DNA of 64,000 bases from Synechococcus sp. (GTDB taxonomy: Bacteria > Cyanobacteriota > Cyanobacteriia > PCC-6307 > Cyanobiaceae). Position 1 is the stretch's first letter; every line of letters starts with the position of its first letter. The notes beneath the pieces are model-generated. The model saw only the letters and a list, made by a program, of their open reading frames with translations. It did not search any database and was not told the origin of the DNA. Location: assembly GCA_047284725.1 (NCBI GenBank), contig JBJBEO010000001.1, forward strand, positions 1,464,203 to 1,528,202, written 5' to 3'. Both the position numbers and the translations under genes were made by a program. Below are positions 29,001 to 39,687 of the stretch, one piece after another.

Positions 29001-30362
29001 TCATCGGAACGAGGTCAACAACCCCCCCACAACTGGCCACCAACACAGATCATCCACCTGCTGCTGGGCTGTGAAGTCCTCAACGCGCTTGATTTCAGCG
29101 GTCATGCTGTCAAGCAATGATCCGTGCAGGAATAAGCCCATGGCGTTGAGAAGCACGTCATCAGCCTCGAAGGCTTGACGTGCCTCGGCCAACGTGTCGG
29201 GCAATCGTTGCAAGTCAGACGAATTGACGCACGTCGCAGGATCACCAACACACGGATCAGGCAAGGGGAGTGGATTGGCAACGGCATCGATCACCAGCGC
29301 CTGAAGTGCACCAAGCAACAGGTAAGGATTGGTCGTGGGGTCAACAGCTTTCACCTCGAGATGGGCAGGACAACGATCCGGTGCTGAAGGGATCAAGCGC
29401 AGGGCCGCTTCTCTGTTTTCGATGCCCCACACCTGAAAAGGAGCCGACCACGTGCTGGGAACCAGGCGGAGAAAAGACACCGGCGATGGACTCGCCAATG
29501 CCACCAGAGACGGAAGTCGATGAAGCAGGCCGGCGATCAGAGCCTCCCCTCGCGGTCGCAGGCCTGCAGGTCCGTGGCCATTCTCGAGCAATGGGCCCTC
29601 TTCATCCCGAACACTGAAATGAACGTGTCCACCATTGCCAACGGAATCAAAGCGCGGTTTGGGGCTGAAACTCGCCATCCACCCAAACGTCCTGGTGACG
29701 CGCTGAACCACAAGGCGGGCACGGATCAACAGATCAGCCGCCTTCAGCGGATGATCAGGACTGAAGGACAACTCAAATTGAGAAGGCCCATATTCGGGAT
29801 GAAATTGAATCCATTGAACGTCAGCCTGATCAAGCGCATGCAGCAAGGCCGTGGCGTAATCCATCCCCTCAATCAAACGATCTGCGCCATACGGGCCACC
29901 AGGGATCACCGGCTGCGGCGACCCATTGCCATCGGGAGTGAGCAAAGACCACTCCAATTCAAAGCCAGCGGTCATCGACAAACCAGCGTCTTCTAAGGAC
30001 TCACACATCCGGCGACAGAACTGTCGCTGATCGGCTTTGTAAGCAGTACTGTCGCGCTCCCATCGATCGCCCGCGGCCCAGGCCCATCCATGGACAGGGT
30101 CCAGAATCGCGATGGAGGCTGGATCGGCCCTCAGCCGCAGATCCCCATCGGGTCGAGCACACCGATGCGTCGGGTCGATCACTCCATCCGTGCGAAATGC
30201 ATCCGAAACTGGTGAGAAACCGACTCCAGCGTCGATCGCATGCTGCAGCTGCCTGAGTGGCACGACTTTCACCAGAGACGCGCCAGCATGATTCACCCAG
30301 GTGATGGCAATCTGACGAATCCCACTGCTGGCAAGCGACTCCACAGAGAGGGGTGGTTGCAT
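29001..30362 (-). CDS. Glutamine-synthetase-like (gamma-glutamylating) ligase
   Basis: GFELEW, HPEYGPSQFE, PKP...GNGGHVHFS, WGIENREAALR, EVKAVDPTTNPY; N-terminus unlike true GlnA. Confidence 0.82.
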   Translation of the reverse strand: MQPPLSVESLASSGIRQIAITWVNHAGASLVKVVPLRQLQHAIDAGVGFSPVSDAFRTDGVIDPTHRCARPDGDLRLRADPASIAILDPVHGWAWAAGDRWERDSTAYKADQRQFCRRMCESLEDAGLSMTAGFELEWSLLTPDGNGSPQPVIPGGPYGADRLIEGMDYATALLHALDQADVQWIQFHPEYGPSQFELSFSPDHPLKAADLLIRARLVVQRVTRTFGWMASFSPKPRFDSVGNGGHVHFSVRDEEGPLLENGHGPAGLRPRGEALIAGLLHRLPSLVALASPSPVSFLRLVPSTWSAPFQVWGIENREAALRLIPSAPDRCPAHLEVKAVDPTTNPYLLLGALQALVIDAVANPLPLPDPCVGDPATCVNSSDLQRLPDTLAEARQAFEADDVLLNAMGLFLHGSLLDSMTAEIKRVEDFTAQQQVDDLCWWPVVGGLLTSFR

Positions 30363-30516
30363 ACACCGACCGAAACATTCATCAGCCTCAGCATGCAGGC
30401 AATCGAAAACACATGCTCACAATCCACATCGGTTCGATACCCACGATGCGGATCAATGCGGGTTGCCACTGTGCGGGGTTCTGAACAGACTCCAGTGCGG
30501 TAAGACAGCGGCAGGG

Positions 30517-30699
30517 ATGAGATCCAAACGAGCCCTGGGAGCAGCAGCGATTGCCTGCATCGTGATCTTGGCAGTGGTGATTCAGTCGCTGGCCAGCCAT
30601 GGAATCACTCTGGTGATCGGCCTTCCGGGCTGGGTTCTGATCTTCATTGGTTTGCAGATTTCTCTTTCAGTCACGGCAGCCTGGATGGCACAACGATGA
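30517..30699 (+). CDS. Small two-TM partner protein of the sodium:solute symporter
   Basis: Two hydrophobic helices with GLPGW; ATGA overlap with the SSS gene, a common arrangement. Confidence 0.65.
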   Translation: MRSKRALGAAAIACIVILAVVIQSLASHGITLVIGLPGWVLIFIGLQISLSVTAAWMAQR

Positions 30700-32177
30700 G
30701 CATCACGCTTCTGACGTCCCTGCTCGGACTGGGTCTTTATCTGGCTGGATTGCTCTGGCTAGGCACCAAGACGCACAACAGTCACTCTGCCAGCGCAGAT
30801 CAGTATTTTCTGGCAGACCGACGCTTGAAGGCCGGTGTCCTTTTTTTCACACTGATTGCCACGAATTTCAGTGCCTTCTTTTTTCTCGGTTTCGCAGGTG
30901 CAGGGTACCGAATCGGTCTTGCCTACTACCCGATGATGGCCCTGGGAACGGGCCTCGCGGGCCTCTGCTTCGGAAGCATCGGCTGCCGGGTCCGACGGAT
31001 CGGCAAAGCCCATGGACTGATCACACCCTCAGAACTGATCGGGCATTGCATCCCTGGGGAAGGCACAAGGCTTCTGGTCTTTCTGGTGATGCTGATCTTC
31101 ACCCTGCCCTATCTCGCCCTACAGCCCATTGGCGCCGGCTATCTGCTTGCAAGCATGTCGAATGGCGCTGTGCCTTACGGAGTCGGAGCGTTCCTGCTCA
31201 CGATTGTGATTGTGATGTACGTGGTTGGAGGAGGGATGCAGGCCGTCGCCTCCACGGATGTGCTTCAGGGGATTCTGATGTTTGTATTGATGCTCGTTGC
31301 TTTCTCCGCAATTGCCCATGGCATCGGAGGAGTCGAACAAGCCAACCGATTGTTGAACACCGAGTTGCCAGCACTGTTCACAGGGGCAGGCCAAGGCAAT
31401 TTCTTCACATGGAAAGTATTTGCCAGCTATTTGTTGCTCTGGCCCCTTTGCCTGCCGATGTTTCCGCAACTGATGATGCGTTTCTTCGCCGCAGGAAACG
31501 ACCAGTCCCTGAAGCAGTCGATGGTGCTCTATCCCATTGTCGCTGGGGTGTTGTTCATCTGCCCTGTCTTAATCGGAGTATGGGGGCATCTGGCATTCCC
31601 TGGCCTGACCGGACGTGCTGCAGATCAGATCATGCCGCTGATGTTGGCTGAGTACAGCCCGGAGTGGCTCACTGGTCTGGTGATGGTGGGTGCACTTGCA
31701 GCATTCATGTCAACGCTTGATTCACAGTTGCTCGCGCTCTCGTCGATGATCACGCGTGATCTCTATTGCAGGTATTGGCGGCCAAAGGCTTCGTTGAAGG
31801 AACAGGTTCATGTGGGGCGAATCGCAGTCTGCGCATTGGCTATCGGAGGTCTTGCCATTGCACTGCAACCACCGGAAGCGATTCTCTCACTGGCCACCCA
31901 TGCCTTCTCAGGCCTAGCCGTCCTGTTTCCCATGGTCGTGGGAGCGATCTACGGCCTGCGATGGTCGGTCAATGGAGCAATCCTGTCTGTCCTGGGTGGA
32001 GAGGCCATGCTGCTTGGTTTGTCGATGCAGTGGATCCCCACATCAGTGCAGGCAGGCTTCCTGCCGATGGTTCCTGCAGTGGGCGTTGCCGTCATCATCC
32101 TTGCCATTGATTGGATTCTTCACGCCAGGAACAACAAACGGTTACCGACCGCACCGACGATCAACGAAGCGAATTAA
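30696..32177 (+). CDS. Sodium:solute symporter family permease
   Basis: YFLADR, ATNFSAFFFLG, GGMQAVASTDVLQG, AAFMSTLDSQLL. Confidence 0.9.
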   Translation: MSITLLTSLLGLGLYLAGLLWLGTKTHNSHSASADQYFLADRRLKAGVLFFTLIATNFSAFFFLGFAGAGYRIGLAYYPMMALGTGLAGLCFGSIGCRVRRIGKAHGLITPSELIGHCIPGEGTRLLVFLVMLIFTLPYLALQPIGAGYLLASMSNGAVPYGVGAFLLTIVIVMYVVGGGMQAVASTDVLQGILMFVLMLVAFSAIAHGIGGVEQANRLLNTELPALFTGAGQGNFFTWKVFASYLLLWPLCLPMFPQLMMRFFAAGNDQSLKQSMVLYPIVAGVLFICPVLIGVWGHLAFPGLTGRAADQIMPLMLAEYSPEWLTGLVMVGALAAFMSTLDSQLLALSSMITRDLYCRYWRPKASLKEQVHVGRIAVCALAIGGLAIALQPPEAILSLATHAFSGLAVLFPMVVGAIYGLRWSVNGAILSVLGGEAMLLGLSMQWIPTSVQAGFLPMVPAVGVAVIILAIDWILHARNNKRLPTAPTINEAN

Positions 32178-32341
32178 ACACATCCATCAAGCCCATTGCA
32201 TGGAGAAGGCGACGACACCTGACTCGTGGAGATGACGCATCCCGACCAGATACCTCCGTTGTGATCAGGTCTGCCCTCTTGATCCTTCCCGCAAGAAAAG
32301 CCTCGCTCACGGCTTGTGTTGATCGTCCTTAAAGTCCAGTC

Positions 32342-32887
32342 ATGCAAACCACTCCAGCAGTCCGGGATGAATTAATCGCACTGCTGCGACAGTCGCCTGG
32401 TGATCCACGCATTCCCTCGCTGGTGGACGAGCTTGAAAACCAGCAACCGGCAGACCTCAACCAGCAGTGTGATCAACTCGAAGGTGCCTGGGAACTGCGT
32501 TGGAGCAGTGCGAACCAACCCTGGCTGAAGCAATCACCCTGGCTTCAGAATCTCCAGGTTCTGGACCCCTGCCAGCAACGCGGCTGCAACCTACTCAGAC
32601 TACGAGGACCACTGCAGCATGTCGGCGCCATCCGTGTTGACGCATCCCTGAACCTGATCGATCACAACAGGGTGCAGATCCAATTCAGGCGAGGGGGGTG
32701 GATGGGACCACGCCTGTCTGATCTGAAACGCTTGGAGCTGATGCGCGACGTCGATCAACGTTTTCCTGCCTGGCTTGACATCACTGTGCTGGATCATGAA
32801 TTAAGAATCTGCAAAGGCAACGCAGGAACGGTTTTTGCTCTGCTTCGCCTTCAACAATCCAATCCAATCAGCACCTACTTCGAGTAG
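32342..32887 (+). CDS. PAP/fibrillin family protein
   Basis: LEGAWELRWSS and WLDITVLDHELRICKGNAGTVF. Confidence 0.85.
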   Translation: MQTTPAVRDELIALLRQSPGDPRIPSLVDELENQQPADLNQQCDQLEGAWELRWSSANQPWLKQSPWLQNLQVLDPCQQRGCNLLRLRGPLQHVGAIRVDASLNLIDHNRVQIQFRRGGWMGPRLSDLKRLELMRDVDQRFPAWLDITVLDHELRICKGNAGTVFALLRLQQSNPISTYFE

Positions 32888-32916
32888 GAATCAAACCAAG
32901 CATCAGGAAGGTTGAT

Positions 32917-35865
32917 TCATCCCTGAAGATAGCGCTCCTGATAAAGGGCCGGAGTCAATGGCTTATCGAAGAGATATCCCTGATACATCAAACATCCCAG
33001 GCGCAGCAGATGGTCTCGCTGCTCTACAGTTTCAACACCCTCAGCGACAAGATCAAGCCCCAAGCCCTGAGCAAGCCTGCAGGCACTGGATACGATCACC
33101 TGATCACGTTCGTTGTCAGGCAGGCCATCGACAAAGATTTTATCAAGCTTGATCGCATTCACCGGAGCACGCGCAATATGATTCAGCGCTGCAAATCCAG
33201 TTCCAAAGTCATCAATGGCAAGCCGAAAACCAAAGCTGGAAAGATCTTCAAGCATCCTTAATGGCTCACCGAAATCCGAAAAGGCAGCAGTCTCAGTAAT
33301 CTCAAGCTCAATCCACGTGGGATCAATCCCAAAGGTTCTCACGGCTTTCTTAAGGATTTCCACCACCGACGCTCCGCTCGGTGATTGCTCAAATTGCGTG
33401 GCTGAAACATTAATGGCTAAGGAGCCAGGTCGATAGCCTGCTTGGATCCATTCCTGATATTGACGGAAGACTGCGTGGATGACCCACGCACCAATTTCAT
33501 GGATTTGACCCGATGATTCAGCCAAAGGGATGAAGCGATCAGGGGAAATGAACTGACCCTTGGGGCCTGTCAAACGAAGGAGAGCTTCAGCGCCAAGACA
33601 GCTCCCATCACGATCGACCTTGGGTTGATACATCAAAGAGAACGCCTGGTCTGGATCGCGAAGGGCAAAATACAATGCTTGCTCAAGGTCTTGAAGCGAC
33701 TGAAGATTTCGACGTAATACCTCATCGTAAAGAATACATCCAGATCGCCCGGAATCAGATGCTTTCACAAGCGCTGTATTGAGCTGCTCTAGCCAGGAAT
33801 TGGGTGCAGGAACATGCCGCGAATCAACCAGGACAATTCCAGCCGATGCCGTGACATACAGTGAAAAATCTTGCTTCATATACAAGGACAAATCCAACTC
33901 TTTCAGCAGCTTTTTGAGCTCTTCGAACCAATCGACAGCCTGAGATTGGTGCAGGCAAACAACAAAGCTATCGCTGGCGAGGCGAGCTCTCCAGCCATCG
34001 AGCAGTGGCTGATCGTTCAACCATTGGCAAAACGCTAACAGCACCTGATCACCAACCTGATGGCCATACAACTCATTGATTTTCTGAAAGCCGTCAAGGT
34101 CAAATGCCACCAGGACCAGATTCTTCCAGTTTTCATCCCGGACCTGCTGGCTGAGCCATTCATAGGCAGAAAGACGGTTTGGCAGATGCGTCAGTTCATC
34201 CACATAAGCGAGATCACTCAGACGCGCCTGAAAGTTCTTCACTTCACTGACATCGCGGACACGCGCAATAAAGACATCTTCTGACTCAACTTGCAAAGGT
34301 CGCAGATTGACCTCCGCCCACCACAATTCACCTGTTTGAGGACGTTGATGAAGGAATTCAAATTCCAAGCCATCGTTCTCAACACTTCTTTGCAACATCT
34401 CACCAGCCAACTCCAGTGATGGCCTCCCCCCAGGCTGAAACTCCGGTGCAAAATCCGTTGGCTGATGACCAATCATCTCCTCAGGGGAAGTCACACCAAA
34501 GATATGACTCGAAGCTTGATTGGCTTCTAAAAAGTAACCATTTTGATCCAGCAATAAGACTGCATCGGCACTTTGTTCAAACACAGCCTGGTATTTAACA
34601 GAAATAACACGCTCTCTATTCTCCACTATCTTCAAAGCAGTGAGATCAGAAATTCGCATTGAAATGCGCTGCTCACTGCCAAGTTGAATCGAACGAAGCA
34701 CAACTTCGCCACGCCACTCACTGCCATCATCCAATCGAAGAAAGCTCCATTCGAATGTGCAGGTCTTTTCCCGATTCAGGCCGGCAATGATCGCCTGGAT
34801 CCGCTCCAGCGAGGAGCTCCCATCACTCTGCGTCAATGGAGAAAAAAGACAAAGAGATTCTCCAATGAGACCCGCCGATGAGTCGACACCAAACAAAGAA
34901 GTGGCTGCAGAATTAGCCAACTCAATGCGCAAACCATCCAACACCAGCAGAGCATCTGAAGACTGCTCGAATAGCAAACGATATCTAGAACTATTGATTC
35001 CCTGCCCCCAAAAGGAACGTTGCACATTCCTGGTGACACACCCAGCAGCAAGACCAGCAACAAGAAAACCAGCCAAATACCAAGGCCAAGATTGAACCCA
35101 TGGCCTTTGCCAGGACGTAGCCAGAATCAGGCGGCCATCTAAAAGTTTGACATCGTAAACGACTGAATTGCGATGCAAAGAACTCAGAGTTTGACGCTCG
35201 GAGGCGAGCGGGTTCAAAGCCTGTGAGGGAGCGCCAAACAGCTCATAATCAAAATCAAGACCCGACAACTGACTATCAACAGTCCTAAGACTGACCCAGT
35301 CAACAAGAATTCCAACAAATCCCCAAAAACCGCCCGTCACCTCATCAAAGACAGGAGCCCTGAGAACCAAGCCTTCTCCACCCTGACTGAGCTCAAACGG
35401 ACCCCTGAAAACAGCTTCATTCTTTTCAATCGAATAGGCCGAAAGACCACTTTCATCAACCTTTTCAAGTAAGTTAATGCCGATCTGCGGACCAGACGAT
35501 TGAGGGTACTGATCAGAAAGAATACCCGCCGGCGAAAGCTGCAAAGCTACGAATTTATCATTCGATTTAAGAAAGAATTGTCCAAATTGCTGTAAATCAA
35601 ATCGCTCTCTCTGCTCAGCAGACGAATGCTGACTGACAACGAAACTGACGACATCCTTTGCTTCAGAGAGGGTATCTCTCAACAGAGCAATTCGTGTTCT
35701 TGATGCCTCTTGCGCACGCTTCAACGCTTCATAATGATCCCCAATAGCTTGATTCAGCAGTATGAGCAGGCCAAAAGACGTGCCCAAGACGATAGGGAGC
35801 GTCCAAGAACCTACAGAGTGTCTGACCTTTTGCGTTGATGATCTTCGCCTTGAATCAGACGTCAT
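32917..35865 (-). CDS. CHASE-PAS-PAS-GGDEF(degenerate)-EAL c-di-GMP phosphodiesterase
   Basis: CHASE GPFELSQGGEGLVLRAPVF...FWG; two PAS repeats (FEQSSDA/FEQSADA); DELTHLPNR with ASDSF in place of GGDEF; EAL motifs AEALLR, INVS, ELEITE, DDFGTG, AEGVE, QGY intact. Confidence 0.88.
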   Translation of the reverse strand: MTSDSRRRSSTQKVRHSVGSWTLPIVLGTSFGLLILLNQAIGDHYEALKRAQEASRTRIALLRDTLSEAKDVVSFVVSQHSSAEQRERFDLQQFGQFFLKSNDKFVALQLSPAGILSDQYPQSSGPQIGINLLEKVDESGLSAYSIEKNEAVFRGPFELSQGGEGLVLRAPVFDEVTGGFWGFVGILVDWVSLRTVDSQLSGLDFDYELFGAPSQALNPLASERQTLSSLHRNSVVYDVKLLDGRLILATSWQRPWVQSWPWYLAGFLVAGLAAGCVTRNVQRSFWGQGINSSRYRLLFEQSSDALLVLDGLRIELANSAATSLFGVDSSAGLIGESLCLFSPLTQSDGSSSLERIQAIIAGLNREKTCTFEWSFLRLDDGSEWRGEVVLRSIQLGSEQRISMRISDLTALKIVENRERVISVKYQAVFEQSADAVLLLDQNGYFLEANQASSHIFGVTSPEEMIGHQPTDFAPEFQPGGRPSLELAGEMLQRSVENDGLEFEFLHQRPQTGELWWAEVNLRPLQVESEDVFIARVRDVSEVKNFQARLSDLAYVDELTHLPNRLSAYEWLSQQVRDENWKNLVLVAFDLDGFQKINELYGHQVGDQVLLAFCQWLNDQPLLDGWRARLASDSFVVCLHQSQAVDWFEELKKLLKELDLSLYMKQDFSLYVTASAGIVLVDSRHVPAPNSWLEQLNTALVKASDSGRSGCILYDEVLRRNLQSLQDLEQALYFALRDPDQAFSLMYQPKVDRDGSCLGAEALLRLTGPKGQFISPDRFIPLAESSGQIHEIGAWVIHAVFRQYQEWIQAGYRPGSLAINVSATQFEQSPSGASVVEILKKAVRTFGIDPTWIELEITETAAFSDFGEPLRMLEDLSSFGFRLAIDDFGTGFAALNHIARAPVNAIKLDKIFVDGLPDNERDQVIVSSACRLAQGLGLDLVAEGVETVEQRDHLLRLGCLMYQGYLFDKPLTPALYQERYLQG

Positions 35866-36282
35866 CGCCTATGCCCATCCATCAAAGCCAAGGTCAGTCA
35901 CAGGCACCATGCACCCCTGAGACGTCACCGCAGGCACAGCGTTCAGGTAAGTCTCCATGGCTTCAGGGCAACGCGACAACACTCCTCTTAAAGGTCAGAG
36001 AAGAAATCCACTACCCCCTATTTTCAATGCTCGACAGGCAATGGCAACGCGTCGCAATCAAACACCAGAAAAATCTCATTCAATTCTCATGGCTGATCCA
36101 GGAGGCTCAGCAGAGCCAGAGAAAAGATGAGGCAAAGAAACTCCCCGATCCAAGCCTGGAGAAAACCCTGTCTAGCTGAAGGCTCCATCATCACAGCCAT
36201 GGCTTTGACGTGGGACTGACCATCAACCCTTGGCTCAGGTGCTGCGTGAAGGTTGGCCATGGACGCCTTGAGGACACCATGC

Positions 36283-38676
36283 ATGATCAGCCCCAAACTC
36301 CACCCGCTTGTTCTGCCCCTTCGAGAGTGCAGCCTCGAGGACTTACCGAGGATCGGTGGTAAAAACGCCTCCCTTGGCGAAATGCTCCACGCACTCACAG
36401 ACCGGGGCATCCGAGTACCCGACGGCTTCGCCACCACGAGCCACGCTTATCAGCGCTTGATCGCATCAACTGACGTGAAGGCGAAACTGCGGTCAATCCT
36501 CACGGATCTCAATATCAATGCCATTGCCGAGCTTCAAAGCGCCGGCAGGCAGGCGCGCGATCTCATCCTGTCCACCGCCTTACCCAGCGATCTGCGGGAC
36601 GCCATTCTCAACGCTTACCACCAGCTTGGGGCACCTGTCGTCGCCGTGCGGTCGAGTGCAACGGCAGAAGATCTTCCCAATGCCTCATTTGCCGGTCAAC
36701 AGGAGACCTATCTCAATGTGCAAGGTGAGGAAGCGCTGCTTGACGCCTGTCAACGCTGCTTCGCCTCTCTCTTCACAGACCGGGCAATCTCCTACAGGCA
36801 GCTCAACGGCTTCGACCATTTTGATGTAGCACTCTCGATCGGTATTCAGCGCATGGTTCGCTCCGATCTGGCCTGCTCAGGGGTGATGTTCAGCATCGAC
36901 ACCGAATCGGGATTTCGCGATGCCGTTCTGCTCACCGCTGCCTATGGCCTCGGAGAGAACGTGGTGAAAGGTGCGGTCAACCCCGACGAATATCTGATTT
37001 TTAAACCAACACTGAAACAAGGCTTTTCGCCGATCGTGACGCGGCGCCTGGGCGACAAAGCCATCCGCATGGTGTACTCCACCCATGGGTCCACCAGCAA
37101 TGAAGCGGTGCCCGAAGACGAGCGACATCGCTTTGCTCTGACCGACGCTGAAGCGTTGCAACTGGCCCGCTGGGCCTGCGTGATCGAAGAGCACTACAGC
37201 AACAGACACGGACGTCCCACCCCGATGGACATTGAGTGGGCCAAAGACGGCAACACCGGGGAGCTGTTCATCCTCCAGGCAAGACCAGAAACGGTGGAGT
37301 CACGGCGCAGCAGCACCGTCCTGCGCTCCTGGCACCTGGTACCGCATCAGGTGCCACCGCTCTGCCATGGCCGGGCCATCGGCGCGTCCGTCAGTGCAGG
37401 TCCTGCAAGGATCCTCCATCACCCCTCAGAGATCCAGCGGTTCCAGCAGGGTGACCTCCTGGTCACCGATCGCACCGATCCCGACTGGGAACCGATTCTC
37501 AAACGCGCCAGCGGTGTGGTGACCAACCAAGGCGGTCGCACCTGCCACGCAGCGATCATTGCCAGGGAGATGGGCATCACCGCCATTGTCGGTGCAGGCC
37601 ATGCCACTGAGGTGATCCAAGACGGCGACACCATCACCGTCAGCTGTTGCGAAGGGGATGAGGGCAGGGTGTACCCAGGTGCGCTGCCCTTCTCGCTGGA
37701 GGAACGGGATGTGGGACAACTACCGCCCACTCAAACCAGGATTCTGATGAATGTGGGCAATCCCGAGGAAGCCTTCAACCTCGCCACCATTCCCTGCGAT
37801 GGCCTTGGACTGGCCCGGCTGGAATTCATCATCGCCAACCACATTCGCGTTCATCCACTGGCGCTGCTGCATCCCGAACGCGTGTCGGACCCCACGGAAC
37901 GAGAGGTCATCGCTCAACTCACCAGGGGCTATGCCCATCCGGGTGATTACTACGTGGATCGTCTCGCGCAGGGGATGGGACGACTCGCCGCTGCCTTCTA
38001 CCCCAAACCAGTGATCCTGCGCTTTTCCGATTTCAAGAGCAACGAATACGCCAGGTTGCTGGGCGGCAGCGACTTTGAGCCGTCTGAAGAGAACCCAATG
38101 ATCGGCTGGCGCGGTGCTTCGCGCTACTACGCACCAGGATTTCGCGAGGCCTTCGCCCTGGAATGCCAAGCGCTCAAGAAGGTGCGCGAGGTGATGGGTC
38201 TCAACAATGTGATTCCGATGGTGCCGTTCTGCCGCACCCCGGAAGAAGGCGACCGGGTGTTGGCTGAAATGGCAGGCCAGGGACTGGTGCGGGGTGAGAA
38301 CGGACTGGAGGTGTATGTGATGTGCGAGCTGCCCAGCAACGTGATGGCCGCTGAGGCGTTCTCCCAGCGTTTCGATGGGTTTTCAATCGGGACCAACGAT
38401 CTCACCCAGCTCACCTTGGGCCTTGATCGCGACTCAGCCCTCGTGGCCGAGTTGTTTGACGAGCGTCATCCGGCGGTGCTTGAGATGCTGCGGTTGGCCA
38501 TACGCACTGTTAAACGCTGTGGAAGCAAGATCGGGATCTGTGGCCAAGCCCCGAGCGATTACCCGGACTTCGCAGCCTTCCTCCTCGACGAGGGGATTGA
38601 TTCCATCAGCCTCAATCCCGACGCTGTGATCACGACACGACTCAAGGTTGCGGAGCTTGAAACGCAAAGAGACTGA
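36283..38676 (+). CDS. ppsA: Phosphoenolpyruvate synthase
   Basis: GGKNASLGEM, AVRSSATAED, GGRTCHAAI phospho-His, FSIGTNDLTQ, GICGQAPSD. Confidence 0.95.
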   Translation: MISPKLHPLVLPLRECSLEDLPRIGGKNASLGEMLHALTDRGIRVPDGFATTSHAYQRLIASTDVKAKLRSILTDLNINAIAELQSAGRQARDLILSTALPSDLRDAILNAYHQLGAPVVAVRSSATAEDLPNASFAGQQETYLNVQGEEALLDACQRCFASLFTDRAISYRQLNGFDHFDVALSIGIQRMVRSDLACSGVMFSIDTESGFRDAVLLTAAYGLGENVVKGAVNPDEYLIFKPTLKQGFSPIVTRRLGDKAIRMVYSTHGSTSNEAVPEDERHRFALTDAEALQLARWACVIEEHYSNRHGRPTPMDIEWAKDGNTGELFILQARPETVESRRSSTVLRSWHLVPHQVPPLCHGRAIGASVSAGPARILHHPSEIQRFQQGDLLVTDRTDPDWEPILKRASGVVTNQGGRTCHAAIIAREMGITAIVGAGHATEVIQDGDTITVSCCEGDEGRVYPGALPFSLEERDVGQLPPTQTRILMNVGNPEEAFNLATIPCDGLGLARLEFIIANHIRVHPLALLHPERVSDPTEREVIAQLTRGYAHPGDYYVDRLAQGMGRLAAAFYPKPVILRFSDFKSNEYARLLGGSDFEPSEENPMIGWRGASRYYAPGFREAFALECQALKKVREVMGLNNVIPMVPFCRTPEEGDRVLAEMAGQGLVRGENGLEVYVMCELPSNVMAAEAFSQRFDGFSIGTNDLTQLTLGLDRDSALVAELFDERHPAVLEMLRLAIRTVKRCGSKIGICGQAPSDYPDFAAFLLDEGIDSISLNPDAVITTRLKVAELETQRD

Positions 38677-38705
38677 TCCTGCGCCGCGCCGAAGCACTGA
38701 GCCCT

Positions 38706-39521
38706 CTACTGAGGGCGACCCATCGCCGTGCTTTCCGTTCTGGAGTGCCCAAGACCATGCTGCAGCGCTGACACCACGCGGCGGGCAATGGAGACAAGGG
38801 TGGATTGGCGCTTCGCCGGATCACGCAAACCAGCCTCGAGAGCACCCTCCAGCTGACCGATCTCCAGCATCGAGATGCCCCGGCGCGGGGCTCCAAGCAT
38901 TCCGCGGTAGTGGTACGGATACGCGCCAAATTCCTCGGCGAGCGCTTCATCAATCACCGAAAAGCCATAGGCAACGGCGGGAATCACGCCAGGACCGATG
39001 CCATGGGGTGAATAGGCGTCGTAGTGAATTTCAAGGGCATAGCCCCCTAAAGAGGCATGGTCACTGCCCACACTCCAATTGGTGCGGGAATCGTTCTCGT
39101 TGCGAATGGTGCGCACCCCAGGGTCATAGAAGCGGATGTTGAGCCCCTGTTTCTGGCCCTCCTTCACAACGGCCTGAGCCGTCAGCAGATTCCAGTAGAG
39201 CTCATCGGTGATTCCGGCCTGCATCGGCGAGGCTCCACCCAGATCCACGGCCCTGCCTGGAGTTCCCGAGCCGTGCATGCGCTGGGAATCAGCATGACCC
39301 GCCATCACCAGAATGGGCAGGGTGTCTTTCGGACGCGTGGTCCCGACCCAGTTTTTCCGATGCGTCAGCAGAGGGGGCATCGGCGGCAGATTGGGCTCCA
39401 GGCGCTGCGGTTGCCGCTGCTGCTGCTGCTCCTTCATGCCCTTGAGGATGTCCATGAGATCAGCTCTGGCTGGTGCACCGGCCAGGGCGATCAGAGCCGA
39501 AACCACAACAATGGGACGCAT
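38706..39521 (-). CDS. Exported N-acetylmuramoyl-L-alanine amidase-like protein (Amidase_3)
   Basis: Signal peptide from ATG 39521; Zn/catalytic pattern MAGH...DELYWN...EIHYD...LEIG. Confidence 0.7.
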   Translation of the reverse strand: MRPIVVVSALIALAGAPARADLMDILKGMKEQQQQRQPQRLEPNLPPMPPLLTHRKNWVGTTRPKDTLPILVMAGHADSQRMHGSGTPGRAVDLGGASPMQAGITDELYWNLLTAQAVVKEGQKQGLNIRFYDPGVRTIRNENDSRTNWSVGSDHASLGGYALEIHYDAYSPHGIGPGVIPAVAYGFSVIDEALAEEFGAYPYHYRGMLGAPRRGISMLEIGQLEGALEAGLRDPAKRQSTLVSIARRVVSALQHGLGHSRTESTAMGRPQ

Positions 39522-39687
39522 AGGAATAAGAACAAGGCACCCATCGTGCCTTGCCTTGCCCTGTACCGCAGAACGCACCCATCCATCCAACGATCGGATT
39601 GCACCCTCTCGCTCAGGTCGGCCATCACTCGCCCACGGCCAGCTTTCGAAAGCATGACTAGCTTTCGAGAGAAGGCGAAGTGAAGGC

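Noticed and set aside
36087..36200. 37-aa hydrophobic ORF divergent from ppsA
   Set aside because: Too short, with no supporting motif or clear SD.
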